Source: the human T2T-CHM13v2.0 reference genome, Homo sapiens
Length of the DNA stretch: 64,000 bases
Assembly: GCF_009914755.1 (NCBI RefSeq)
Contig: NC_060941.1
Direction: 5' to 3' (one strand)
The translations under genes and the position numbers were made by a program. The first letter of the stretch is position 1. Every line of letters begins with the position of its first letter. This document shows, one piece after another, positions 1 through 13,033 of this stretch. The notes under the pieces were generated by a model. That model saw nothing but the letters and a program-made list of their open reading frames with translations. It did not search any database and was not told where the DNA came from.

Positions 1-56
1 CAGCGGCTACAAATGTTAATAAAATTAAAGCCACCTGAGAGTTCAGCTGGGCGATC

Positions 57-513
57 CTTTGAAAGCAAGTCTGTGATGGGTTATTACCCTCAATTACCTA
101 GTTGTCCACTCTCTTCGCTTGGGGTTAAACTCTTAACTCTTCCCTTTGAAGTCATTATCCTTTTATCTATGACTGGACCAAGGAATTTCAGGACAATAAT
201 CAATGGAAACTTCATAAGAATAGAAGACCCGGGAGGGGAAAAGGTGTGAATATCCCTTTAACCGTTGGGGGGAAGGGGGATGGGGGGTGGGGGATGGGGG
301 CCGAGAAGGCCCCGTGTCCCCAACTTGAAGAAGTAAAAAAGGAAGTGGGGGTACCTGATAATGACCCAGCGAGCAATTTTCAGATCTTCTAGAAAATAAA
401 GAGAAAACGATAATTTGGGGGCGATCAGAGAGGTGCAGCCCTCATCAAAGGGGAAGGGAAAGTAATGAAGCAAAAAGACACAATTAAAGAATGGGTTTAA
501 TTAGGGCTTTGAT
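57..513. promoter_or_regulatory. Candidate Wnt/beta-catenin-responsive enhancer (TCF/LEF site cluster)
   Basis: CTTTGAA at 57-63 and 144-150, ATCAAAG at 444-450 (CATCAAAGGG), CTTTGAT at 507-513, in repeat-free sequence; TAATTA homeodomain site at ~498-503. Confidence 0.55.
267..300 (+). other. G-quadruplex-forming motif
   Basis: G6-AA-G5-AT-G6-T-G5-AT-G5: five long G-runs with 1-2 nt loops. Confidence 0.7.
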
Positions 514-683
514 GTCTGACATGGTGCATGACACTGTTAAAGGGGGAGGGGGACCAACTATTCAAGCGCCAGGAAATGGCTTATTAAAAAGATCCGTCCC
601 CCAAAGACGCTGCCAGAAAAAGGAGAAACTTCCATGCCGCTTCTCCCACCAAAGAGCAAAGTCAGTTTCACTTAAATCCTCAC

Positions 684-793
684 CATCAGGAGGAAAAAAC
701 ACCACAACTCTTTTTTTTTTTTCGCAAAAGTCTTTCTGGGTTCCCAGAGGCAGCAGCTCTTTCAGGATTATTATACTTGGTGCTGGCCTCTCC
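684..793 (-). other. Putative spliced exon (110 nt)
   Basis: Minus strand: ~70-nt pyrimidine-rich, AG-free tract (800-867), then TAAACAG|G acceptor (AG at 795-794); ATG|GTGAGG donor (GT at 683-682). Confidence 0.4.
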
Positions 794-2396
794 CTGTTTA
801 AAGAGAGAAGGAAAGAGAGAGAGAGGAGAAAAGAAGGAAACAAAACAAAACAACAACAACAAAAAAACGGAGCGTGTGTGCACTAACGAATGTTGGCAAT
901 GTGTGTTTCATTTCTCCTTTTCATTTAATCCCATTTGGAATGCTTGTCTACACAGAGAAGACGAAAACACAGGGGGGAAGAGCCAGTCGCACTGGAATGA
1001 GCAAGAAGCCTTCTCCAGTAACGAGGAGCTGCCCCAGCTTGGTTTTAGATGTGACAGAGCCGCGTCTGCCCCTCCACCGCGCAGCCCGCACCTCTCAGCC
1101 TGACACACACATGCACACACAAACACCGCCAGTTGAGGATTTGAAAGCTCACATTTTGCCCTTGTTACAACTCCCCTACTCCTCATTAAAAAAAGAAATA
1201 ATAAAATAAAAACTCCTTTTATTGTGTGCAACATCTGGAAAGCTCCCTTCTCCATCTGCTAGGTCCTGACAGTGTTTGCAACCACAAAGCCAGCATCTCC
1301 TCCTGCAATGTGTCATGAAGGCTGGGGGTTGGAAGCCCTGGTGAGAAAGCCTGGGAGGGGGTCAGACAAACAGGCCTGCCCTCTGCCTGCTGGATGTTGG
1401 AGCCAGCACGGGTCCCCTTGGCCTGGGTTCTGGGGTCTGGGCTTCATGTGACTCTGAGTTTAAGGGAGGCAGCCGGTAGCCCCCTGAGTCTGTTCAGACA
1501 GGAAGCAATGGCTGAGCATTCTCATGTTCATAGGAATAACTTGAGTCAGGCCCTCCTGCCAGTGCCGGGAAGAAGGACAAACAGCTTGGAGACCCTAATG
1601 TGTATGCTTGGGATTCAATTTGAAATGAGCCTGTTGGGTTTTTATTTCAAAACGCTCCTGTGTTGGGTTTTTATTTCCTCTCTCGTATTTACACACACAC
1701 TCAGCTAGCACTCTGGGAAAAAAAAAAAAAAAAAAGACAGCAGGTTTTGAAAAGTAGAGTGGTTTATGTGAAAAGATCAAAATGTTTCTCATACTTTCTC
1801 CAAAGGCCTAGGGCTCTTTTCTCCCAGGGACTGAACTTTTTCTCAGAGATAGTAATCCTTTAAAGCCTCAGCCCTCATTTCTTTTAGGTCACTCTTCCAT
1901 TTCTTGGATTTAAAGAAACCAGAGGGGTCAGAGATGTGGACATGTCACTCAAAATGAGCCACGGGGCTCTGGTCATCCTGCTTTGGGGGATGAGGGTTAG
2001 TTAGAATGAGAGCCTGAGTGATGATGGGCTGGTGGACAGAGTCACATGATCCAGGCCCAGCCAATGAGAAGTCACAGAAGTTTAGGATGGCTTGAGCAAC
2101 GGTCAGGGTGGTGATGTCCTCAGCTGTGATGATCTTGGACACAGTGCCTAGACAGATATGCATGTATTTATATGTGAACCAAATGTGCTGGGCTGTCCAG
2201 GATGCTATGATGTATCTGCTCCTAATGAAAGCGAATGCTAAAGTTAGCTCAACAAAAAGCAAACTTCTTCAGATCAAGTGTCATTATTCTAGATACCTAA
2301 AAGGGGCTTTATAATACAATTTATGCAGACCCTGGAGGAACTTCTACTTGAATTGGAGGGACTCCTTTGCTTTTCTGCCCAAACTACAACTGCTCA

Positions 2397-2789
<393 letters not shown>

Positions 2790-3052
2790 CTAAATTGGCC
2801 CACATTAAGAATAACTGTAATCTCTCCTCACTTTAGGATTTTCCATTTTATGGTGGTTTTCTAATCTTTGCATTGTAAGATTAGAATTGGAAAGTAAGAT
2901 ATTTGGGGATCCTTATAGCATCTTATTTTCTATGCGGAGGGGAAAAAAACCATTATGGAGGGCCTGGATTTTGTAAAGAGTTTTTAAATGCCCTGGGTTA
3001 TTCTAAAAGTTTCTTTCCTCACAAAAGGAAGACGTGACATGAAGTATATATA

Positions 3053-3367
<315 letters not shown>

Positions 3368-4381
3368 TGAAGTATATTTTTGATGATCCGTTTTGGGACA
3401 GTCTTATCTTGGCTTCGGATATGCAATTCTGCTGGGCAGAAAGGACTATGGGGAAAGAGGGCTCTGGGCTGGCACTGAGGCCCCAGGAGTCTAGCTGGGC
3501 AACGTTGAAGGCTTTCGGGTAAGTGGGGTCAGGGATTGGCTTGATCCCAGCATCATTTTTCCATATTACCCACTGGAATATGCCAATATTTCACCTTTAC
3601 ATAGTGTTGGTGGCGGGGGCTGTTTGTTTATGTGACAAACATTTCTGCAGCAAGAGAAAACGGATGTTAATTACCAAGTGAAGCTAAACCCCAGTTTACG
3701 AAGAGCCTTCTCCAAAAGAAGCTGCAGGCTACAGAGAGAAGTCTTACTTTAGGAACCAAGTAAAAGGCTTTCCTTTCATGTTGTTTGCAGAGAGGAAGTC
3801 TTCGTTTGTGATGAGAGTAGGTGTCAGAAACAGGCTCCTATTAAAGGTGGTTTTGCTGGAAGCAGGAGAAGGCCCGAAGCCAGGGATATTCTTTTTAATA
3901 AGTCCCCGGCCTCAAAGCAGAAACAGGGCCTTGGTCCCACTCAGGGATGGATGCTTCCCGTCCAGTCTCACACTGGAGGTGGGGTGGGGTGCATGTGAGT
4001 GTGTGAGTGTGCGTGAGTGGGGGTGTCATTCTGCGGGAGCAGGGGACACTCCAGAATGCTTTTCACTCTCGTAGAAGGCAAGAGTGAACTTAAGACCCAC
4101 AGTCCCCAGGGTAAGTCACACCTACCGCCCCAGGAATCCGGGCTTTGCAGAGTTTTCTCTATAGGGTATAGCCCGAGTCCATGCCTCACTCTGCCACATA
4201 CTGACTGAGGATAGGTTTCCTGGGACAAGTTACCCAATCCCTCCATGCCTCAATTTCCTAGCCTGTAAGACAGAGGAGGACTCCTGCATCATAGGATTGG
4301 GGACTTATTAGAGGCGGTGTACTGTCTTTGCCACATTGTATCAGGCACTCAGTATACTCATTATTTTCCCCCCCCCCCGCC

Positions 4382-4670
4382 TTTTTTTTGAGACAGAGTT
4401 TCACTGTTGTTGCCCAGGCTGGAGTGCAATGGCGCCATCTCAGCTCACCGCAACCTCCGCCTCCAGGTTCAAGCGATTCTCCCGCGTCAGCCTCCCGAGT
4501 AGCTGGGATTACAGGCATGCGCCACCACGCCCGGCTAATTTTGTATTTTTAGTAGAGACGGAGTTTCTTCATCTTGGTCAGGCTGGTCTCAAACCCCTGA
4601 CCTCAGGTGATCCACCCGCCTCGGCCTCCCAAAGTGTTGGGATTATAGGCATGAGCCACCGCGCCTGGCC
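4382..4670 (-). mobile_element. Alu
   Basis: Antisense Alu consensus. Confidence 0.95.
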
Positions 4671-4792
4671 TTATTTTTCCAACAATTCTTCTGTGTGAAC
4701 AAAAATAGGTAAGAATGGGTTTTGTTTAGGCTCCAAGACTGTAAGCTTTCTGAGAGTAGGAACTGCATCTCACTCTGTAGCCTCAAGTTCTA

Positions 4793-5224
<432 letters not shown>

Positions 5225-8200
5225 TTACAGGATTGTTAAAATCGGACCCATTACTTTTATCGAACAGATGGCAAACTTTAAGGACAAGTTGAAGTCTGTG
5301 TGTATTAAACAGGGGCATCTACTGATAGAGCTTGGAAATGCAACCTCAGTCTGTTAGATGTTGCAAAGGAGGAGGAAGAGGAGGAGGTTCAGAGTTTAAG
5401 GATCCTCAACCCATAGAATCAGTAGAAGAGGAGATAAATGTGGAGGAGGCATTTCAACTTAGGAAGAGTCAAATGCTACCAAGTTCTCAAATTGCTGGTA
5501 GTCTGCCACACCTGGGCCATTAAGCACATTCAACATGCCACAGACATCCTTCCCACAAGAATCTGATCCTAGGGAGTGCCTCTGCTTGGCCAGCACTTGA
5601 GATAAATCTGCCTCCATCTGCCCTGGCTATCTTGTCTGAGCTTCATGACCCACCACAAACATGTAAAATGACTGACTAGGGCACAATTTCTAATGGTGGC
5701 ACATTAAAAAATGGGATGTTCCAAGAGCGGTTCAGAACCATGGACTTGATGGATGGTCTGATGGACTGAACTAACCAACTGCAGAGGCTCCTCTCCTCCA
5801 CCTGGAGACAGTATCTCCAGTCTTGCAATAGAAGTCAATGGGAAAACAGTATTCACTTCGTAGTGATCTTTGCTGGAACCCGTGAGTGTCATGCCCTTGC
5901 CTTAGTGTTTGCTCTTGGGAAGAGGCGCTGTGCAGATAATCTGATGAGGTTGTCTATTCACTTGTTTCCATGAACAGTTGCTGAACACCTACTATGTGCT
6001 GGGCACTGTGCTAAGGACTGAAGCCCTACTAGAGCACCACAAAAGGGGTACTCTAGGGGACACATTTGTTCTCGTGCTCACCTCGTGTTAGAGTCATTGG
6101 AGCAATTCAGCAGTACTGATGATCCCTGGCTAGCCAGGTGGCCGTGGCCAAGCCATTTACATTCTCTGTCAATTAGTTGCTTCTTCAGTAAAGTGAGGGG
6201 TTGGACTAGATCATCTCCAAAGTCTCTTTCAGCAAAAACATTCTAAGCATCATGCTCTGTGTGGAAAAGAGCAGGTAATCGCCATCACTCTGGATAAACA
6301 CAGTGTTACTAAAGGGTGGTAATAAATTTTCTCACTGTCTGTCATAATCATGTTCTGCCACATCATCTCTCTTCACACACAGATGTCTTTTTCCTCTATC
6401 AAAAGCCTGCTCCCTCCCTCCTGAGCGCCTCATCACTGTTGGTGCCATCCATTCTGGCAGGCTCCTTATTAGAACTGCCAAAGCACTAAGGCCTTGATGC
6501 CATGCCTGTCCCCTGACGCGAAGTGAAACAAGTTAGGTACATGACAGCACATCCACTCTTCTCTGAGCACCTCCTGAAGGGAAGGAGGAAGTTGGGCTAT
6601 TTGAGGTGGAAGAATAAAGACAGGGAGAGTTCTTTCCCTAAAACAGCCACGTTGATGGCACAGTGGCTCTTCCCAGACGTTCCTCGCCTTTGCAGGGCTT
6701 CTGATAGTCACCTGATTGATTGCCTAAAATCTGGGGACTTTCCTGGGAGCTGCTGAATGGCATTTGTTTCCATATCTTTGGAGAAGATTATCAGGCATGA
6801 GCCTTAACATCTTAGCATTTTTGTAATTAGTATTTCTCCACTGAAATGGAAATGTCTTCTCTCCTACCCTGTTTTACTAGAACATCGTGTAGGGTAGGTC
6901 TTCTGTTGTTCAAAAAAAGAGCGACTGTTTGGAACAGTATGAAATATCTTTAAAGGAACAGTCAAATCATCCATTCAACTAAATAGGAGTCAACTCCCCT
7001 AGAAATCACTTCCAAAAACTTCTTTGGAGTATGACATTTTCAAAGCAAAATTCTTTTCTTTTTTCAAAATACCACAAGCAATGCATTGAGTTCAGGGAAT
7101 ACTGCCTGCCAAACTTCAATTTTTATATTTAACCTTTCTTCTTCTTTTTTAATGTCTTGCAAAAACATGCTTGAAACTCTTCAAAAACCTTTTCAGCTTG
7201 AAAGTTTGTGAGAGAGTCTTAACTGATGAAATTCTCAGTTCTTAGCTTCCCTGTGTCTTCCCTTCCCCCTCCTTTGGTTAAGGAGAAAAATTATTATTGT
7301 CTGTTCACCAAACAAGGTCAACTCTAATCAGCCTGGGAAAGGGACTGGCATTCGGTGCTGGCTGCTGACTTTTCACATCTACATTACCTGAGTGACTCTT
7401 AATCAGGTCCCAGTGTATCTTTTTAAAACAAAAACTCATAGGTTCTTGGGCCATTAAGAGTGAGAAACCCTAAAATTGTGATTGTGGTAGAAACATGACA
7501 TTGAACACACCCAACTCCCCCTGTGTCAGGACAAATAAGCATTGTGTAGTCAAGTTCTGCCAAAGAAATTGAAAATATATCTATAAAGTGGAGCTACTGG
7601 CTAGTCAGTAGAAGAATTGAACTTTTAAAAAGGTGTTGATAAAATACTTGTTAGAACAGGAAAATTGGATTAGTGGTGGTGTTCTGGGCATGACGTCCTT
7701 TGGGCCAAAAAAAGAAAATGATCATGTTGTTCTATTTTTCCCGGGGCCCAGCAAAGCAGTCTCAGCCCAAACATCAGGCCTCTAATCTTATTTTCTTTTT
7801 CTCTAGCATGTATTTTATTAACCCATTTTCTCATTTACCCACTCTGAATAGCTCAGTGGGTAGCATCCTTCTCAGAAAGTGAAAACCTCCTTGGAGATGC
7901 TGTGTCGAAGCAGAAATGCACACAAACCCCCACCCTAGTTGCAGCAAAGAAAAGCCCCTTCTGTAATCCTGTCTGGTGAATCCACACATTGTATTCCAGC
8001 CTGCCAGGAGTGCTCATGCCTTATTAAAACATGGGCCATCAAGGAATGCAGCTGGCAACAGGCTGGCAGCTTGCAAAGTGATTAACATCTAGGTAGGGAT
8101 GAAAAGAAGTCCTTCCCATCCAGGGCCCAAGGCAAAGGGTTTCCACATATCTGCCACCTGGCAACAAGCTACTGCCCCAAAATAGGATGGGTCCAGAGCT

Positions 8201-8769
8201 GATGGTCTTTTGAAGGCATCAAAGTGCAGCTTGCCTTGGACTGCATGTTGTAGGGGATCAGCCATGGGTTTAGATTCAGCCAGGTGACCTGTGTTCACAT
8301 CTTATTTTTGCTACCATCTTGATTTAATGACCTTCGACAGCCACTTTCCTTCTTGGAGCCAAATTATAGGGGTAGTCCTGAGTCATCGATCTCACTGGAC
8401 AGATGTGTTGTGAAGAATTCTAGACCCTCGAAATAAAGGGTCTAGAATGCCCAGTTCTAGCACCCTTGGAATACAGATGTAGACATAATGTCCCTATTTC
8501 AAAGGCAAAGCCTTAAGGTGGGGAATAGGTATGTATCCCTGCTTCCCCACTACCAATTTCCCATTTTGACTTTTGCAAAAGTCTGTCCCATAGTCTCTTT
8601 GCAAAATTGAGATAGGGTGGAGGCTGATGAAGAGCTGCACAGGAAGTGAGCTCACTCAATCAAAACCAACAAACCCTCAGTGCCCACTGTATACCCTAGT
8701 CTGTGCCAGTTGCTGGACAACACAACATATACATCATGTTGTACTGGGGAAGACAAAACCGCAATGAGT

Positions 8770-9055
8770 TAACACTACACTTTCACCAGAATGGCTTAAG
8801 TTTTAGAAACTGTCAATACCATGTGTTGGCAAAGATATGAAGCAATGGGATCTCACATACCTTGTTGATAAGGGTGTAAATTCGTTCAACCACTTTGGAA
8901 AATTGTTTGGCAATACCTGCTAAAGCTAAACATATGTCTGTCCTATGTCCTGGTAATTCTATTTCTGGTACATATCCAGGGGAAATAATTGTACATGTTC
9001 ACCAAAAGACATATACAATAATATCCATAGCAGCTATATTCACAATAGTTCCAAA
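8770..9055 (+). mobile_element. Old L1 (L1M-type) 3' fragment
   Basis: Motifs typical of the L1 ORF2 end/3'UTR (CAACCACTTTGGAAAA, CCAAAAGACATATACAA, CATAGCAGCTATATTCACAATAG). Confidence 0.75.
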
Positions 9056-9185
9056 TGAGAGAACCAGCTCTATTACTGGAACTGGAACTTGACACAATCT
9101 TTATGATCTTTGTCTCTTAATCTTTTATACAATTAACATATCCATTCATTCAAAAAATAAGAAAAATGCTGTGGAGGTGATTCTT

Positions 9186-9800
<615 letters not shown>

Positions 9801-9816
9801 TGTGGAGGTGATTCTT

Positions 9817-10005
9817 ATGCCTTGGAACATCTAGGATGTGTGTATGTTTCTGTGTGTGTATGTTGGAGGGGGTGGTGTCAAGGAAAATGGCATCCAAGGG
9901 GATGGTTGGGTCTGTTCCTATTTGAAATCTTTCTATGCATCTGTGGGGGTATGGCATTGGGATAAACACTGGGGATTCTTCATGGTAGAGACCTCACCAT
10001 CTGTG
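9817..10005 (+). repeat. Local duplication, segment A (copy at 12344-12532)
   Basis: 189-bp ungapped match, ~24 mismatches by manual count (~87% identity). Confidence 0.9.
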
Positions 10006-10112
10006 CTTCTGAGGCACTGGGGCCAAGAAAGCATCTTGCACAAAATCAAAAGTCAGCAAATGTTGACCTGAACTGAATTCCCTGCTCTCAGAGATCTTAT
10101 AACATTGTCATA

Positions 10113-10143
10113 GAACAACAACAACAACAACAACAACAACAAA
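10113..10143 (+). repeat. (AAC)n microsatellite
   Basis: About 10 AAC units. Confidence 0.95.
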
Positions 10144-10240
10144 ATTTCACCCAGAAACACTGCAATTTATGGCAAATCATTTAGTCCCAGTTGAAAACAG
10201 CTGTGTGGTATGGTACTTTGGGCATTAAAAAATTTACACC

Positions 10241-10637
10241 TGTCTTAGTCCATTTTGTGTTGCTATACCAGAATACCATAGACTGGGTAATTTATAAAGA
10301 AGAAGAATGTATTTCTCACAGTTCTGGAAGCTGGGAGTTCAATATTAAGGTGTTGGCATCTTGTGAGGGCTTTCCTGATGCTTTCTCCCATGGTGGAAGA
10401 CGGAAGGGGAAAGGGCAAGAGAGCAACAGAGCGAGCAAATGGAGCTGAACTCATTTTTATACCAAAGCCACTCTGGTGATAACTAACCCACTCCTGAGAT
10501 AACAACATTAATCCACTCATGAGGGCAGAACTCTTATGACCTAATCACCTCTTATTAGGCCCCACCTCCCAACACTGCTGCATTGGGAATTAAGTTGCTG
10601 ACACATGATCTTTGAGGGGTGCATTCATACCATAGCA
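10241..10637. mobile_element. MaLR solo LTR (MLT1A/MST-like)
   Basis: TGTCTTAGTCC...CCATAGCA termini; 5-bp TSD ACACC/ACATC. Confidence 0.85.
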
Positions 10638-11331
10638 ACATCTAATCTTAGATCCATCACTAACTGGCTATGTGATATTGGGTAAGTCTCTTCTTATAAT
10701 TTGGTCTCAGTTTCCTCATCTTCAAATGATGAGGGCCTAGCCATATGACCTAGATTTTCTTGCTGTGGTCAAACAAGAACATGAATGTGTTTGTAGTTCA
10801 CAGATAGCAAAGGGGTCCTTGCTGACACTTCTGCTTGGGGACTTGAATTGAAGCTCAAAGCTGCAGGGTGACGTTGGCCTGAGTCAGCTTCCTTCCACAG
10901 GAAACTTGCAGGTGGTCAGCTGCAGCTCAGCCCGGGCATGAGATCCACTGGGAGGAAGGGGATCCCCTGGCCCACTCACTTCTCCGATGCATATTCATGA
11001 GGACAGCCAGTCACCCGAATGATGAGGATGTGTTTGTGGAATCTGTTTGGTCCTTTCTAAAGCTCTAATCCCTTCAGGATTCAAGGTGGCACAGGAGCAG
11101 TAGTGTTGATGATGACAATCTGGAAATAGCAGCCATTACTTCTTGAGCACCTCCTGTGTGGCGCGTGGCACTTTATAAACCTGGTGGGTGCCAGCAAAAG
11201 CTGACTACGCATCTCAGACTCATCACAATCAAAACCGAGCTCCTGGTTGTTCCTCTCAATCTGCTCCACCTGCAGTCTTCTCATCTCTTTTTGGGAAAAC
11301 TACCTGCTTTGGGTTGCTCAGGCCAATCATT

Positions 11332-11641
11332 TTGTTTTTTGTTTTCTTTTTTTTTTTTTTTGAGATGGAGTTCCCTCTGTCACCCAGGCTGGAGTGCAGT
11401 GGTGTGAACTTGGCTCACTGCAACCTCTGCCCCCACGTTAAAGCAATTCTCCTCCCTCAGCCTCCTGAGTAGCTGGGATTACAGGCGCCTGCCACAAAGC
11501 CCGGCTAATTTTTGTATTTTTAGTAGAGATGGGGTTTCACCATGTTGGCCAGGCTAGTCTCGAACTCCTGACCTCAGGTGATCCACCTGCCTCGGCCTCC
11601 CAAAATGCTGGGATTACAGGCGTGAGCCACCATGCTCGGCC
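11332..11641 (-). mobile_element. Alu
   Basis: Antisense Alu; TSD AGGCCA(A/G)TCATTTTG. Confidence 0.95.
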
Positions 11642-12287
11642 AGGCCAGTCATTTTGGAGCTTGCATTTTCTCTGTCACACGACACATCTCATCCATCAAG
11701 AAATCCCATCACAACTGATGTGACACCATGGGCTGTGACTGCACTGCTCTTCCAAATGCCTAAGTCGGCCTCTCATAACAATAGTGATGTATTTGCTACC
11801 CTTTGTTTTTTAACAAATCAAAGAAAAGGCATTTTAGTGGTTCACTAATTCAATTGACTAAACAAAGCCACACGACCATGGCTTCAGGCCACATCACGCT
11901 CAGCTCTGCAATTTTCTAGTCGGTGAACTCGGGCCAAAGCCCCCTTCATAAGTTCACTGTGGTTGCCTTACCCCATCCACCCCAACTGGCCTTGACCTAA
12001 GGATGTCCCCAAATGCTTCCACTTTTGCTTTGCTTCTGTCTGCAAATCTCCCCTCCTCCACCTTCCACAAGAGCTTGGGGAGGCTTGGCATTGCGTGGTC
12101 TCTTAGGATGAAATTCCTCAAACTCAGTCTCCACAATATCTGTGGGCAGTGTCTCTTCATTTCCTCAAGGATCAGAGAGCGGGGATTAAATCTCATGGTG
12201 TCAGGGCTGGAGGATAGCTGACTCTCAACCCAAATCCCTTCTGCCAGCACTAACCAACTCCATAAGGAAAAAGCCCACTTATTACAT

Positions 12288-12532
12288 TGCATTGGGAATT
12301 AAGCTGCTGACGCATGATCTTTGAGGGACACGTTCACACCATGATACCTTGGAATATCTAGAGTATGTGTATATTTCTGTGTGTGTATGTTGGAGGGGGT
12401 GGTGTCAAGGAAAACAGCATTCAAGGAGATGGCTGTGTATGCTCCTATTTGAAATTTTCCTAAGCATCCGTGGGGACAGGGCATTGGGATAAACACTGGG
12501 GATCCTTCATGGTAGAGACCACATCATCTGTG
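12288..12532 (+). repeat. Permuted duplicate: copy of 10579-10633 fused to copy of 9817-10005
   Basis: 12288-12342 matches the LTR end (TGCATTGGGAATTAAG...CATGATCTTTGAGGG); 12344-12532 matches segment A. Confidence 0.9.
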
Positions 12533-12721
12533 GTGTGTGTCGGGACTCACCATAATTCTTAGGTCACCCATGAGAGATGCTGCCACTGAAGGGGGAGGGG
12601 TATTTGAATTGGATACACAGGTTGTAGATTTAAAGGCAATGCTTGCTATGTTTTCAAAACGGAATTTTAAAATGAAGTTTGAAAAGTCCTGTTGATTTTC
12701 AATTAGAAAAATTTCATCTTG

Positions 12722-13033
<312 letters not shown>

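Noticed and set aside
13-1255. Overlapping ORFs at the window start as a standalone protein-coding gene
   Set aside because: Low-complexity translations with no recognisable family; only the splice-bounded 684-793 segment is kept as a lead.
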